Of a DNA stretch of 64,000 nucleotides, positions 11,408 to 22,289 are shown piece after piece (the first letter of the stretch is position 1; every line of letters starts with the position of its first letter). The stretch is from Octopus sinensis (Eukaryota), in contig NC_042997.1 in the NCBI RefSeq assembly GCF_006345805.1, positions 178,188,001 through 178,252,000 on the forward strand, read 5' to 3'. Below the pieces are notes generated by a model. The model was not told where the DNA came from. It worked only from the letters and a program-made list of their open reading frames with translations, and searched no databases. The translations under genes and the position numbers were made by a program.

Positions 11408-11780
11408 GGCGTAGGAGTGGCTGTGTGGTAGGTAGCTTGCTTACCAACCACATTGTTCCGGGTTCAGTCCCACTGCGTGGCACCTTGGTCTTCTACTATA
11501 GCCTTCTACAAGTGTCTTCTACTATAGCCTCGGGCCGACCAAAGCCATGCAAGTGGATTTAGTAGACGGAAACTAAAAGAAGCCAGTCGTATATATGTAT
11601 ATGTTTGTCCCCCCAACGTTGCTTGACAACCGATACTGGTGTGCTTATGTCCCCGTAACTTAGCAGTTCAGCGAAAAAGACCGATAGAATAAGTACTAGG
11701 CTTCCAAAGAATAAGTCTTGCTCAGCTAAAGGCGGTGCTCCAGCATAGCCACAGTCAAATGACTGAAACAAGTAAAAGAG
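11408..11780 (+). mobile_element. Family A tRNA-derived SINE (CORE-like motif), full length
   Basis: A box tggctgtgtgg, B box ggttcagtccc. Other copies at ~12570-13385(-), 16478-16750, 27080-27650, 31333-31700(-), 39070-39430(-), 53910-54300(-), 54830-55215(-), 59694-60095 and 63400-63745. Confidence 0.88.
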
Positions 11781-12569
11781 TATATGTTCAATGATTCCAA
11801 CATTACATTCCCCATACTAATGTGTTTGGTTATAATGGCCACTTTTTTTGTAATCAGCTGATAGATTACTAAGAGGTAGCATAATAGATTGATAAAATAC
11901 CAATATACTAATGCTACTTATTTTACTGACTCCTAAGGCGGTAAGGTGGAAAAATTGTTAGTATGACAGACCAAATAATTAGTAGCATTTCTTTCGGCTC
12001 TTTACATTCCAAGTTCAAGTTCTGTGGAGACTGACTTTGCCTATTACCCTTTCAGGATCAATAAAATTAGTACCAGTTGAGCACTGGGTTGAGGTAATTA
12101 ATTTACCCCCTCCCCTAGTCTACAAATTTGAAGCCGTTATTTTACTGACTCCAGAAAGATAAACTGTACAACTGATCCATGCATTCCAAACATTGCAGAA
12201 CATCTAGTCTAAATCTTGTTAATAATAATGGTTTCAGATTTTGCCACAAGGGCAGCAATTTTGGAGGAGGGGATGAGCCCCAGTCTTCAACTGATACTTA
12301 TCGACCCTGGAAGGATGAAAAGTGAAGTCAACCCCAGCGGAATTTGAACTCAGAATGTGAAGACGGATGAAATACTACCCAGCGTGCTAATGATTCTTGC
12401 AAAGTTGCATAACCTAGTGGTTAGGGTATTGGACTCAAGATTGTAAGGTTGTGGTTTCAATTCACAAGCTGGGGTGTGTGTTGTGTTCTTGAGCAAGGCT
12501 TGATGCACCAGTAGGCTTGAGAAAGACCTAAAACCAATAATAACACCATGCTCTTCTAATATCACTACT

Positions 12570-13385
12570 CTCTTTTACTTGTTTCAGTCAAGCAAATCAA
12601 CCCCAGGACTTATTCTTTGTAAGCCTAGTACTTATTCTTCCAGTCTCTTTTGCCGAACCACTAAGTTATGGGGACATAAACACACCAGCATCAGTTGTCA
12701 AGTGATGTTGGGGGTACAAACACAGATACACACACATTTATGTATTCCACTGGCTTCTGTGCCGGTGGCACATAAAAAGCACCATCCGAAGTGACCGATG
12801 CCAACCCCGCCTCGAATGGCTTCTTTGCCGGTGGCACATATAAAACACCATCCGAATGTGGCCGATGCCAGCACCGCCCCGACTGGCTTCTGTGCCGGTG
12901 GCACATAAAAAGCACCATCCGAACGTGGCCGATGCCAGCACCGCCTTGACTGGCTTCTGTGCCAGTGGTACATAAAAAGGCACCAACCGATCGTGGCTGA
13001 TGCCAGACCCCTCTGGCACCTGTGCAGGTGGCACGTAAAAAGCACCCACTACACTCGCGGAGTGGTTGGCGTTAGGAAGGGCATCCAGCTGTAGAAACAC
13101 TGCCAGATCAGACTGGAGCCTGGGGCAGCCCCTGGCTCCCCAGACCCCGGTCGAACCGTCCAACCTGTGCTAGCACGGAAAACGGACGTTAAACGATGAT
13201 GATGATGATGATATATATATATATATATACATACATATACATGACGGGCTTCTTTCAGTTTCCGTCTACCAAATCCACTCACAAGGCTTTGGTTGGCCTG
13301 AGGCTATAATAGAAGACATTTGCCCAATGTGCTATGCAGTGGGACTGAACCCGGAACCATGTGGTTGGTAAGCAAGCTATTTACC
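12570..13385 (-). mobile_element. Family A SINE interrupted by a family C element (12750-13211, + strand) with ~4.5 tandem ~62-bp units
   Basis: The two halves of SINE A flank the insertion at its internal (ca)/(ta) tract. Confidence 0.85.
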
Positions 13386-13495
13386 ACACAGCCACTCCTA
13401 CGCCTATGAACTACTAATAACAATAATTATTTCTTAATGGTAATAATTTACGTTTTGTAAGATTCTTGATGTGAAATCCTGTGATGAAACAGATA

Positions 13496-13842
13496 TTGTT
13501 ATATTTGGGGATGGTCACATTTTTGTTTGCCAATTAATCACACACACATGCAATACATTTGTTATTCACTTTAGCTTTACTATTATTCTAATTTCAGTAC
13601 CCTTTGCTTAGAAATCTTTTGTGTTCTGTTTAGTCCATTAGGATGGACCAAACAGAACAGGAGGAGGCATGTGAAATGGAGAGTCACTGAAGAGGCCTCA
13701 TGATGAATGATGAAAGATTTCCAGGCAAAGGACACTAAAATAAGAATAGCAAAACTAAAGTAATGAAGAACAAGTATATAATTCACATGGTTCACTGGTT
13801 AAAAAAAACAACAACAAAAATGACCAGCCCCAAATATAACAA
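13496..13842. mobile_element. Element with ~30-bp terminal inverted repeats (ttgttatatttgggg...ccccaaatataacaa), flanked by cagata direct repeats
   Basis: TIR and a 6-bp flanking duplication seen directly. MITE or solo-LTR-like (TGT...ACA). Confidence 0.65.
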
Positions 13843-14413
13843 CAGATAATAATTTGGTAGAACTACAATCTCTATTAACCATCTGCGACACCTGAGGTGG
13901 TAAATATATCTGTTAAAATGAGATGTCAGTGTTATTTTCATTTTTGCATAATTTAGATGACAGTTTATTCACTGCTTCCTATATATATATATATATATAT
14001 GTATATACAGAACTCCAGTTAACTAAAGGAAAGGAAAGAGTAAAAGTTGAAGTGGTTAGTAAAGTTGGTAGTATAGTATTTAGTAGATGGAGAGGTTGAG
14101 GATATACAGGAAATTAAAAGCTTAATGGTTTATAGAAGATGAAGAGGTCAAGATATATAATTGAGAAAGTTGTTCGTATATAATAAATTAAATTGTTGCT
14201 GTATATAAATAGAAGACGAAGTTGATAGTCTGAAAAATACAGGGGCATATAACCATTCACTATCAGGTGACACATTTCTGGATGTAGACATAATACTGAT
14301 AGAAGCACAGTAAATGTAAATACTGAAATATTTCATATTTAAAAATGAAGAGAAAAGTTTGAAAATTTACAGTCATAAATAATACCTGTGAGACATTTTA
14401 AACATTTCATATA

Positions 14414-15199
14414 CTGTAAAAACCCATACACATGTGATTTTCAGGATAAAATTTGTTAAAAAAAAGCTTCCACTCATGTAAAATTTGAACCCAAAAAGTT
14501 TTCAGAATTGCTGATATGGCCAAGGGAAAAAGGTTTTCAATTTAGCTGTATTTAGCATAATTTCACCTACTTATGATTGGATTTTATTATATTTTCATCA
14601 AATAAAAATAATTTCTGTTCAACAGGTATCACATTAAAAACTATTAAATTACAAAGTATTTGCGTTGTTTATAATAAACTTTACTTTACATTTCTTGCTC
14701 ACAAGAGATTATGTCCGATCTTTAGCCTACTGCTGTAGGTCTTCTCAAATTACAATCCCAGGAAAAGTTGTTGAAAAGAATTATCAACAAAAACAAAGCT
14801 GATAAATATGCACAGGTGTTGCAAATTAAGTTTAATCACCAATAAACATCAGTTTGGATGACACTGAGAAAATATGATCTGGACCTTGATTACCAGCATG
14901 AACATCAGACTTCAAAAAGTAGTTAACCATTTAATGGTTTTAGTAAATTTAAATAGAAAAAGTGAGCATTATACTGTCCAGCATAAATAAAAGTCAACTT
15001 CATTATATTTAAGCCCCTATTTTTTCTGACATTAAATGAGTCAACTTCTGGTATGAATGTTTACATTTTGTACGTTTTTTTTCAGCAAAAATGTTTCTAA
15101 AAAAATTCTGGAAACAATCTACTCATGTAATTTATACACCCCTAAAGTTCATTTTTATTTTTGTGGAAAAAAATGATTAAATTACATGGGTTTTTACAG
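14414..15199. mobile_element. pogo/Tc1-type non-autonomous DNA transposon
   Basis: TA|ctgtaaaaacccat ... atgggtttttacag|TA. Confidence 0.7.
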
Positions 15200-15295
15200 T
15201 AACTTTAAACATTCTACATTGTTGATTATTATCATCATTTAATATTATTACTTCTAAATCTCTCAGACAAAGACATTCAGTAACAGTTCTTTTAA

Positions 15296-15567
15296 GTTAA
15301 GGCTATTTGTCAACATAATGTGGCTGTCCCAAAATGGATGATGTTACTGTTGTTTTAGCCCTGAGAAACATCATTTCTAGCTGGCTATATGACACAATAT
15401 CTGTGTCCTAATTTTTTCAAACAGGAGTGCTGAGCTCCCTGTTTGAAAATATAAGGACACAAATACTGTGTCGTATAGCCAGCTAGAAACGATGTTTCTT
15501 AGGGCTAAAACTACAGTAACACCATCCCTTCCAGGACAGCCACATTATGTTGGTAAACAGCCATAAC
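15296..15567. repeat. Fold-back palindrome (~130-bp arms, few-nt loop), MITE-like
   Basis: caacataatgtggctgtcc...tttcaaacagg / cctgtttgaaa...ggacagccacattatgttg. Confidence 0.92.
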
Positions 15568-17332
15568 ATCATCATTTAATGTCCCCTTTTCCATGTTGGC
15601 ATGGGCTGGACAGTTCAACAAGAACTGAAGAGCCAGAGGGTGGTGCTGAACTCCAATGTCTACTTCAGCATGGTTTCCACAGATGGATGCCCTTCCTAAT
15701 GCCTCTTTACAGTGTACTAGGAGGTTACCAAGTACTCACAAGACCAGACCCTCAACTTAGTGGGGTATAGTATTGAAGAATGTGAAAGTATGACAGAGGG
15801 ACAGAAGTAGATGTCCTACTGAAGAGGGGGATATTCACCTAAAATATCACGAAGGTCATTATGATTTAAGGGAGAAGGACAACAGATCAGTAAGGTTTGT
15901 ACAGGGGATACATTTGTAGTATATTGAAAAGGGGAATATGAATATGCTCGCCTTAAGTTCTCAACCATAGATGGATTGGAACTGTAGCGGTACTGTTGCG
16001 ACATAGGGCATGTCTTGGGTATTTCAAACTTGGTACAGCCCATTCATTCCCAAATCTGACAACAGTCCATTTCTTCAAGAAAGAAGAGACGGACACAAAA
16101 AAGAGCTGACCCAAGTAAAGGAATGGTACTTTATTTATGACTCTTGTCCCAAACGGAAGAAAGATAAAGTTGAACTCAGAGTGCAGAGAGCCACAAGACA
16201 ATTTGTTACCCATTGTCTGAACACAACCGTTTCATCATCTAAGATGTCATGGAATATCATGTAGAAGCTTCTGTATTGGCTTGATATGATGAGTAACTGT
16301 CAATATGTTATGTACAGGAGTGAGACTACAGCAACACCAATGCAGTATGAAGAAGGAGAGACCAGTGAGATATCAGTATGGTATATAAAGGATCCACACT
16401 CATAAGATGTCAATGTATTATACAGAGAATAATCTTTCAAACTTTGGGAAATGTCCAAGCTGAGAATATTTTGTTCCAGGCGTAGCTGTATAGTTAAGAA
16501 ATCTGCTTCTCAACCATATGGTTTCTGGTTCAGTACCACTGCACGGCATCTGGGGCAAGTGCCTTTTACTATAGGTCTAGGCTGATGACAGCTTTGTGAA
16601 TAGATTTGGTAGATGGAAACTGAAAGAAGCTCTTTGTGTATATGTGTGTGTTTCCTTGCCTGGACATTGCATTATAATTGGAAACAAATATCTCCATCAT
16701 ATAAGTTGCTTACTTCATTTCCAAGCTCCTACAGAAGCATGTATGGCCATGGGGAATATTGGCTTCAAATTTTGGCACAAGGCCAGCAGTTTTGGGGAAG
16801 GGGCTAAGTCAATCACATCAACCCCAATGCTCAACTGGTACTTGTTTTATTGACCCTGAAAGGATGAAAGGTAGAGTCGATCTCGGCAGAATTTGATGTC
16901 AGAACATAAAGAGACAAAATGCGGCTAAGCATTTTGCCTAGTATGCTAATAGTTCTGCCAGCTTGCCGCTATAGCTGTGGGAAATATTACCTTCTTTGGA
17001 AGAAGGTGAGTTTGGTGATGGGAAGGGTATCCAGTCATAGAAAACCTGTCGCAACAAATTTCATCAGACCCAAGTAAGCATGGAAAAGTGAATGCTAAAA
17101 TGATGATGACTGATGAGATGAGTCTGTAAGTAGAAGGATGTCCTATTGCAGACACATTTAACAGATGCTATTAGGGAAGAAGGATAGATGTTAATAATGA
17201 TGATATGCTAAGAATTTTGAATGAATTAAAATAACAATTTATCATTAGATAATTACCAACTGCAAAAGATGAAACAAATATTTTAAACACACAGACACAC
17301 AGGTACATATATATATATATATATATATATAG

Positions 17333-17475
17333 TTAATCCAAACAAGAAAACAAAAACAAAAAAAGCAACAACACAAGGACGTGGAACAAATAAAGTATTA
17401 TTGGACGCTCAGGAAAGAAGGGAAGAAGGAGGGTTTGACGTTTCGAGCGGAGCTCTTCGTCGGAAACATATGGAG
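17333..17475 (-). mobile_element. Penelope-like terminal-repeat fragment with a minimal hammerhead-like motif
   Basis: Minus strand gttt-ccgacga-a-gagc-tcc-gctc-gaaac-gtc-aaac. A related fragment lies at 48367-48580(+). Confidence 0.6.
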
Positions 17476-17519
17476 AGAGAGAGATGCTAGATAATAAGCA
17501 CAAGCTACACAAACATATA

Positions 17520-18228
17520 CAGGGTGGACCAAAGTGATCCGACAGATTTGGAGGCTTAATAAAAGCACAAAAATAAGAAATAATGAAAAGAAAAATTTTA
17601 TTTTCTGAATGTACATATAATGCCATTTTATTTCATTAAGTTTTAAAAATTATATGAAAATCCCTATTTTTTACGATTTTTTCACTGCTGTGTCGCCACT
17701 TTTCGGTGTATTTCGACCAGAAAAATGTTCACAAAATTTTTACTTTTCAAAATTACAATTCCAGCGGGTCGAAACAAACCCGAGCAACGCCGGGCGATAC
17801 TGCTAGTATCAGCTAAATGCTTCCCATCATTGTCAACACACTGTTGGAGACGTTCATGAAAGTTATCGATAACTCAATGGGTTACCTCTTCTGGAATGGT
17901 TGCTATTTCTACACGAATTGCAGGTTTTATTTCATCAATAGATCGAGGGTGATGACTGAATACTTTTGATTTTAAATATCCACACAAGAAGAAATCACAT
18001 TTCACCATTCCAGAAGAAATGATCCATAGAGTTATCGATAACTTTCATGAACGTCTCCAACAGTGTGTGACAATGCTGGGAAGCATTTAGCTGATTTAAT
18101 TTTTAAAACTTAATGAAATAAAATGGCATTATATGTACATTCAGAAAATGAAGTTTTTCTTTTCATTATTTCTTATTTTGTGCTTTTATTAAGCCTCCAA
18201 ATGTGTCAGATCCTTTTGGTCCACCCTG
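17520..18228. mobile_element. Tc1/mariner-superfamily fold-back MITE built from two inverted 3' ends, with a Helitron fragment inserted
   Basis: TA|cagggtggacc...ggtccaccctg|TA. ~225-bp arms encode a transposase C-terminal remnant IPEEMIHRVIDNFHERLQQC. Confidence 0.88.
17653..17806 (+). mobile_element. 5'-truncated Helitron (3' hairpin plus CTAG|T)
   Basis: aaacccgagcaacgccgggcgatactgctag|t. Homologous to 43647-43840. Confidence 0.85.
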
Positions 18229-18396
18229 TACTACAATCTGCCAAGCTGGTAGGTGTGAATAAAAAATTTAAGTTTTAATTAGCATGCTGTATGAGAAGAT
18301 ACAAGTAGCTACAAAGAGTAAACAACATAAAATGAATATGTCAAAAAGATATTGATAATGATGATGGTGATGATAATATGGCAGCTAAATATTACA

Positions 18397-18433
<37 letters not shown>

Positions 18434-18471
18434 TGACAACCTTTTAAAATATGAAGCTTTTATTGACTCAC

Positions 18472-21400
18472 CGGAAATCACTGTCCTCACTAGTTGGTGA
18501 ACTTGGAGATGACAGAAAATTGTTTTGATGTCCATTGTGTGAAAGACAAAGAGAAACTAAATGGCAATGATCATCTGCCTCTCCTATTTCATTGCTGTCA
18601 TGAGAACCACTTTCTTCTGAACCGACTGACACATCATCTTGGTCATCAAGATTTAGATTGGAGAAACATTTCTGTGTCATGTTGTGATGGTTTTGGAAAT
18701 TAGAATGACTATGCGGCAGTGTTGGATCTTCAAGAGCAGACAGATTGGAGTTGCTGCTGGATGCACTCAAATCGTTTGTAGCACAATTTGTTAATTGTGT
18801 TTTGGAAGGAGCTGATCCATTAGAATTCATTTGGAGCAAATCTCCTGTTGGACTGGGGCAAGCAGAGTCAACATCATCGGCATAAGGAATTTCACTCAGT
18901 GAAAACTCAAAGCCCATTGCACCGGTTGAGCTACCAGCACTGTTCAAGTTTTGCTCTAAGTTTGGGGTGGTAGTGGAGGCCAAGTCAAAATCAAGAAACT
19001 CCATGTCCATTGCACTAGTAGAACTGCCAGCACTATTCAAATTTTGTTCCGAGTCTAAATTTGGGGTGGTTGTGGAGACAATGTCAAAATCAAGGAAATC
19101 GACTTCTGGAGACATCACAGTATCATCAGAAGTTTGGCAGCTGTTTGTTGCTCCACTTAATGGTAATTGCATTGCAGTGAAAGAGTTATGGCACTGGGGA
19201 ATTTTGACACCACCATCAAGGATTGAGTGGCTGTCATGGCTGTTTTCAGAGCACCCAACTTCTTTTGCAGGTTTCTTTAGACAGTTGCTTTGCAGATGGT
19301 TATCACTGGTACATAATAACAATGTAGGAGGGGAGGTGGCAGAAGAGGGGGATGTCGATGGAGATGACTGAGTAGAAGGGGATGATGACAGTAACGAAGA
19401 AGAAACTTTCAGGACATCAGTACATTTTATCACAGAACTACCAGGTTCACGCTTTACACTATTACTATCACCAAATCCAGTGAAACCAACATAGCTATTT
19501 TCACTACACTTAGAGTTATTGCAAGCACTAATTGAGGGACTGGGAAAAGAGAGTTGGTTGTGCTTTTTATGATCACAATTTTTAAAATAATTACTATTAG
19601 GAAAATGGCTATAACTGGGTTCATGGCTTGATATTGCCATGTCATTTATACTAGCAACAATCTGTTGGTTATTGGTTTCATTGATGTCACTACTGGTCAG
19701 AGACGAAAATGAATCTGTGGAATCAGTAGAACTTGACATGAGACGGCTAGTCTGTACAGGGGGAAAATCTGCTTCAATAAAATCTCCAAAATCTTCTTCC
19801 CGATTGTCTATAGACCCTGTTCCTGAAGAACCTAAATTGTTTGAGCGAAAGTTATTTGAGTTTAAAGTGGCATTGCTACAACCAACAGAAGCAGAGCTCT
19901 CTTCTACACAAGTCCCAATCTGACTCTTATAATTATTATCTTTATTATAATGCACAACATTGTCTGGATCACAGTAAGAGTAGCTGGGGCAGAGAAGTTC
20001 AGTTTCCAACTCAAAAGACTCGCCTGATCCACAGCAACCTTCAAAGCTGTTGCAAGCCCGACAGCAGTCTTGCAATGAAGAAATGAACCGGTTTTTTTGA
20101 AACTTACATTGCAAGTTGTAAAGTGCTTTGCATTTCTTGCCCACTAACTTACTGCTAGTGGTGGTATTGGTGTTTGTGCAATTGTTGCAATTAATACAAG
20201 AAGATACAACTGTTCCTGCGGCACCGGAGGCAGAATTCATCATGTTGCTATTGTTTTCGTATTTTAAAGATTTACACGTGTGCTGTTGCTGCTTGGCGTT
20301 TTTCAACTTTGATTGAATCAACAAGTCCGATTTTGATGCAGAAGCCATATCAAGGCTACCTTCATAATTTACCAAGTCACTAACAGCCGAATGTTTCTTT
20401 TGGTTTTGATTCTCAACATGCTGCAGCTGGGACATCTTGGTGATGGTCTTGAAATCTGGAGTCATTATGAGACCATTAGTTTGTTGAAGAGTGTAACATT
20501 TGGAGGAACAAGGCATATTACCGTTAATAGGCCCATTTACTTGAACCAGAGGGCCTTGTTTGAAAAGGGTGCAATTACTATAAGGCATCATTGTTGTTGG
20601 TATTGTTGAAGTAGTAGTAATAGTGCTTGTAGTTATAGTGGCAGCAGAAGTGTCAGCCATCTGTGCGGAAGAAATCGTATCACTTTTACTCAGTAATGAT
20701 TTCGATAGCTTTGGTTGGTGCAACTTCACTGAAGTGGAGCTATCTTTCTGGATCACCGAAGAGAAAGTGTTTCGCCTGTTACCAGAAGTACTGTAATTGT
20801 TATGGACAGGGATATTGATCTGCTGCTGGCTATGGTGATGATGGTGATGATGATGATGACTATAGTGGTTCTGGCTGTGATACCGGGGAAGATGGTAATG
20901 GTAAGAAGGGTTCAGATCGCTACTGGTTTCCTTTGGCCGTGCTGCCTGCAAATTGTTAACAACTGTCTCACAGTTTTCATTGTTTGAGGCACTGACAGAT
21001 TGCAGAGGTGAGCAGCTTTGCCATTTCGGTGCAATTCCCGGGTTTGGATCTGTACTTGCCAGGGAAGGTAAGGAATCATGCAGAGAGATTTCACAGTTCC
21101 CACTAGCTCCATTACATGATGGTTCTGTAACAGGGTTTTTAGAGTGAAAATCACCTATGGCATGGAAGTTTTGGGGATCGCTTTTTCTTTCTCTACCAGC
21201 ACTGCTACATTCATCATCGAAAGAGCTGTTGTTATTGTAATAACTAATGCGATTGTTGTTGTTGTTGTTTTGGGAGCGACTGTGGCTATCTAAAATGCTT
21301 GCTGGGGTGATGCCATCAGTTTGGCTCTGAGGCAAAGAATAAAAGTCAAAATTCGAATTATCCAAGCCATTCTCACTTGTAGCAATCACCTCCTCCTCTA

Positions 21401-21551
21401 TGCTGTTATCATAATCACTATTCCCCACAGCTTCCTTTGTAGAGTTGCCCATCCTTTGGTATAAACTACATCTTTCAATGATACCAGGTGATGCTGTGGA
21501 GTCAGCAGTAATTAATGGTGGGATATGTGCACAGGGAAGAGTGTTCTCCAT
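18472..21551 (-). CDS. First coding exon (giant, ~3.1 kb) of an uncharacterised protein; Ser/Asn/Cys/His-rich, largely disordered
   Basis: 1027-codon ORF in AT-rich DNA. ATG context gcgATGg with an in-frame TAA upstream. Acceptor tttcag| about 67 nt upstream (exon start 21618). Donor ttccg|gtgagt at 18472 (phase 2) is compatible with the next exon. No TE insertions. Confidence 0.9.
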
Positions 21552-21618
21552 CGCTTTCTGACAAAAGTGGGCATTACACAGAACTTACGGACTTTCCAGT
21601 TAGTAACAGCATCCAAAT
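21552..21618 (-). promoter_or_regulatory. 5'UTR part of the giant exon, carrying the starts of two upstream ORFs
   Basis: Acceptor after a long T tract (AG at 21620-21619). uATGs at 21612 and 21574. In-frame TAA relative to the main ORF. Confidence 0.6.
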
Positions 21619-22289
21619 CTGAAATTCAGAAAAAAAAAACACAAGTAAGCAGACTGAAATGACAAAAAAACAACAAACAAAAAAACAACAACAAAACAAT
21701 TTAAATCACTATATAAATAACAATAAGAATTTAGAATGTGTTGTGTGTGTGTGTGCACGCATGCATCTGTTTCTGTATCTATTGGTATATCTATAAACAT
21801 TTTCAGCATAATGAGTTCACATTATATAACATAATAAAGCAATTTTTTTAAAACTTTAAATAGTCTACCTTTATTCAACACTATCTTGAAAGTAATCAAA
21901 GAAAAAGATCCCGTAACATTTAAATGGTACCTGGACTAGAAACCTCAGAAAACCAACAACACTAAGATACAATTTTAGCCAACAACACTTCCCAGCAAGT
22001 GGACTAGGGCATACCAAGACCTAACTTAAGACTTCACAAGATAATGCTATTATGTCAGGCATGGTCCAGACTAATAATGGCTCCTGGAAAAGACACACAA
22101 ATCTGTTTGCTCTAGTTTGTTTGATTGGCAATAATCTTCCATTCCTGCATAACAGTTGATTGGTTACTGGCAAGAAGAGCATAGCACAGCATGCAAAGTG
22201 GCTATACATACATACATACAAATACTCATGAATGTTCGGATGTGTGTGTGTGTGTGTGTTTATAGACACAAATTTCATCCATTCATTTT

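Noticed and set aside
12750-13040. Repeat-spacer-like pattern of ggtggcacataaaaagcacc
   Set aside because: The intervening parts are homologous to each other. These are tandem units of a retroposon.
18494-21147. Plus-strand ORFs (62-134 aa) overlapping the giant exon
   Set aside because: Antisense shadows of the real minus-strand ORF.
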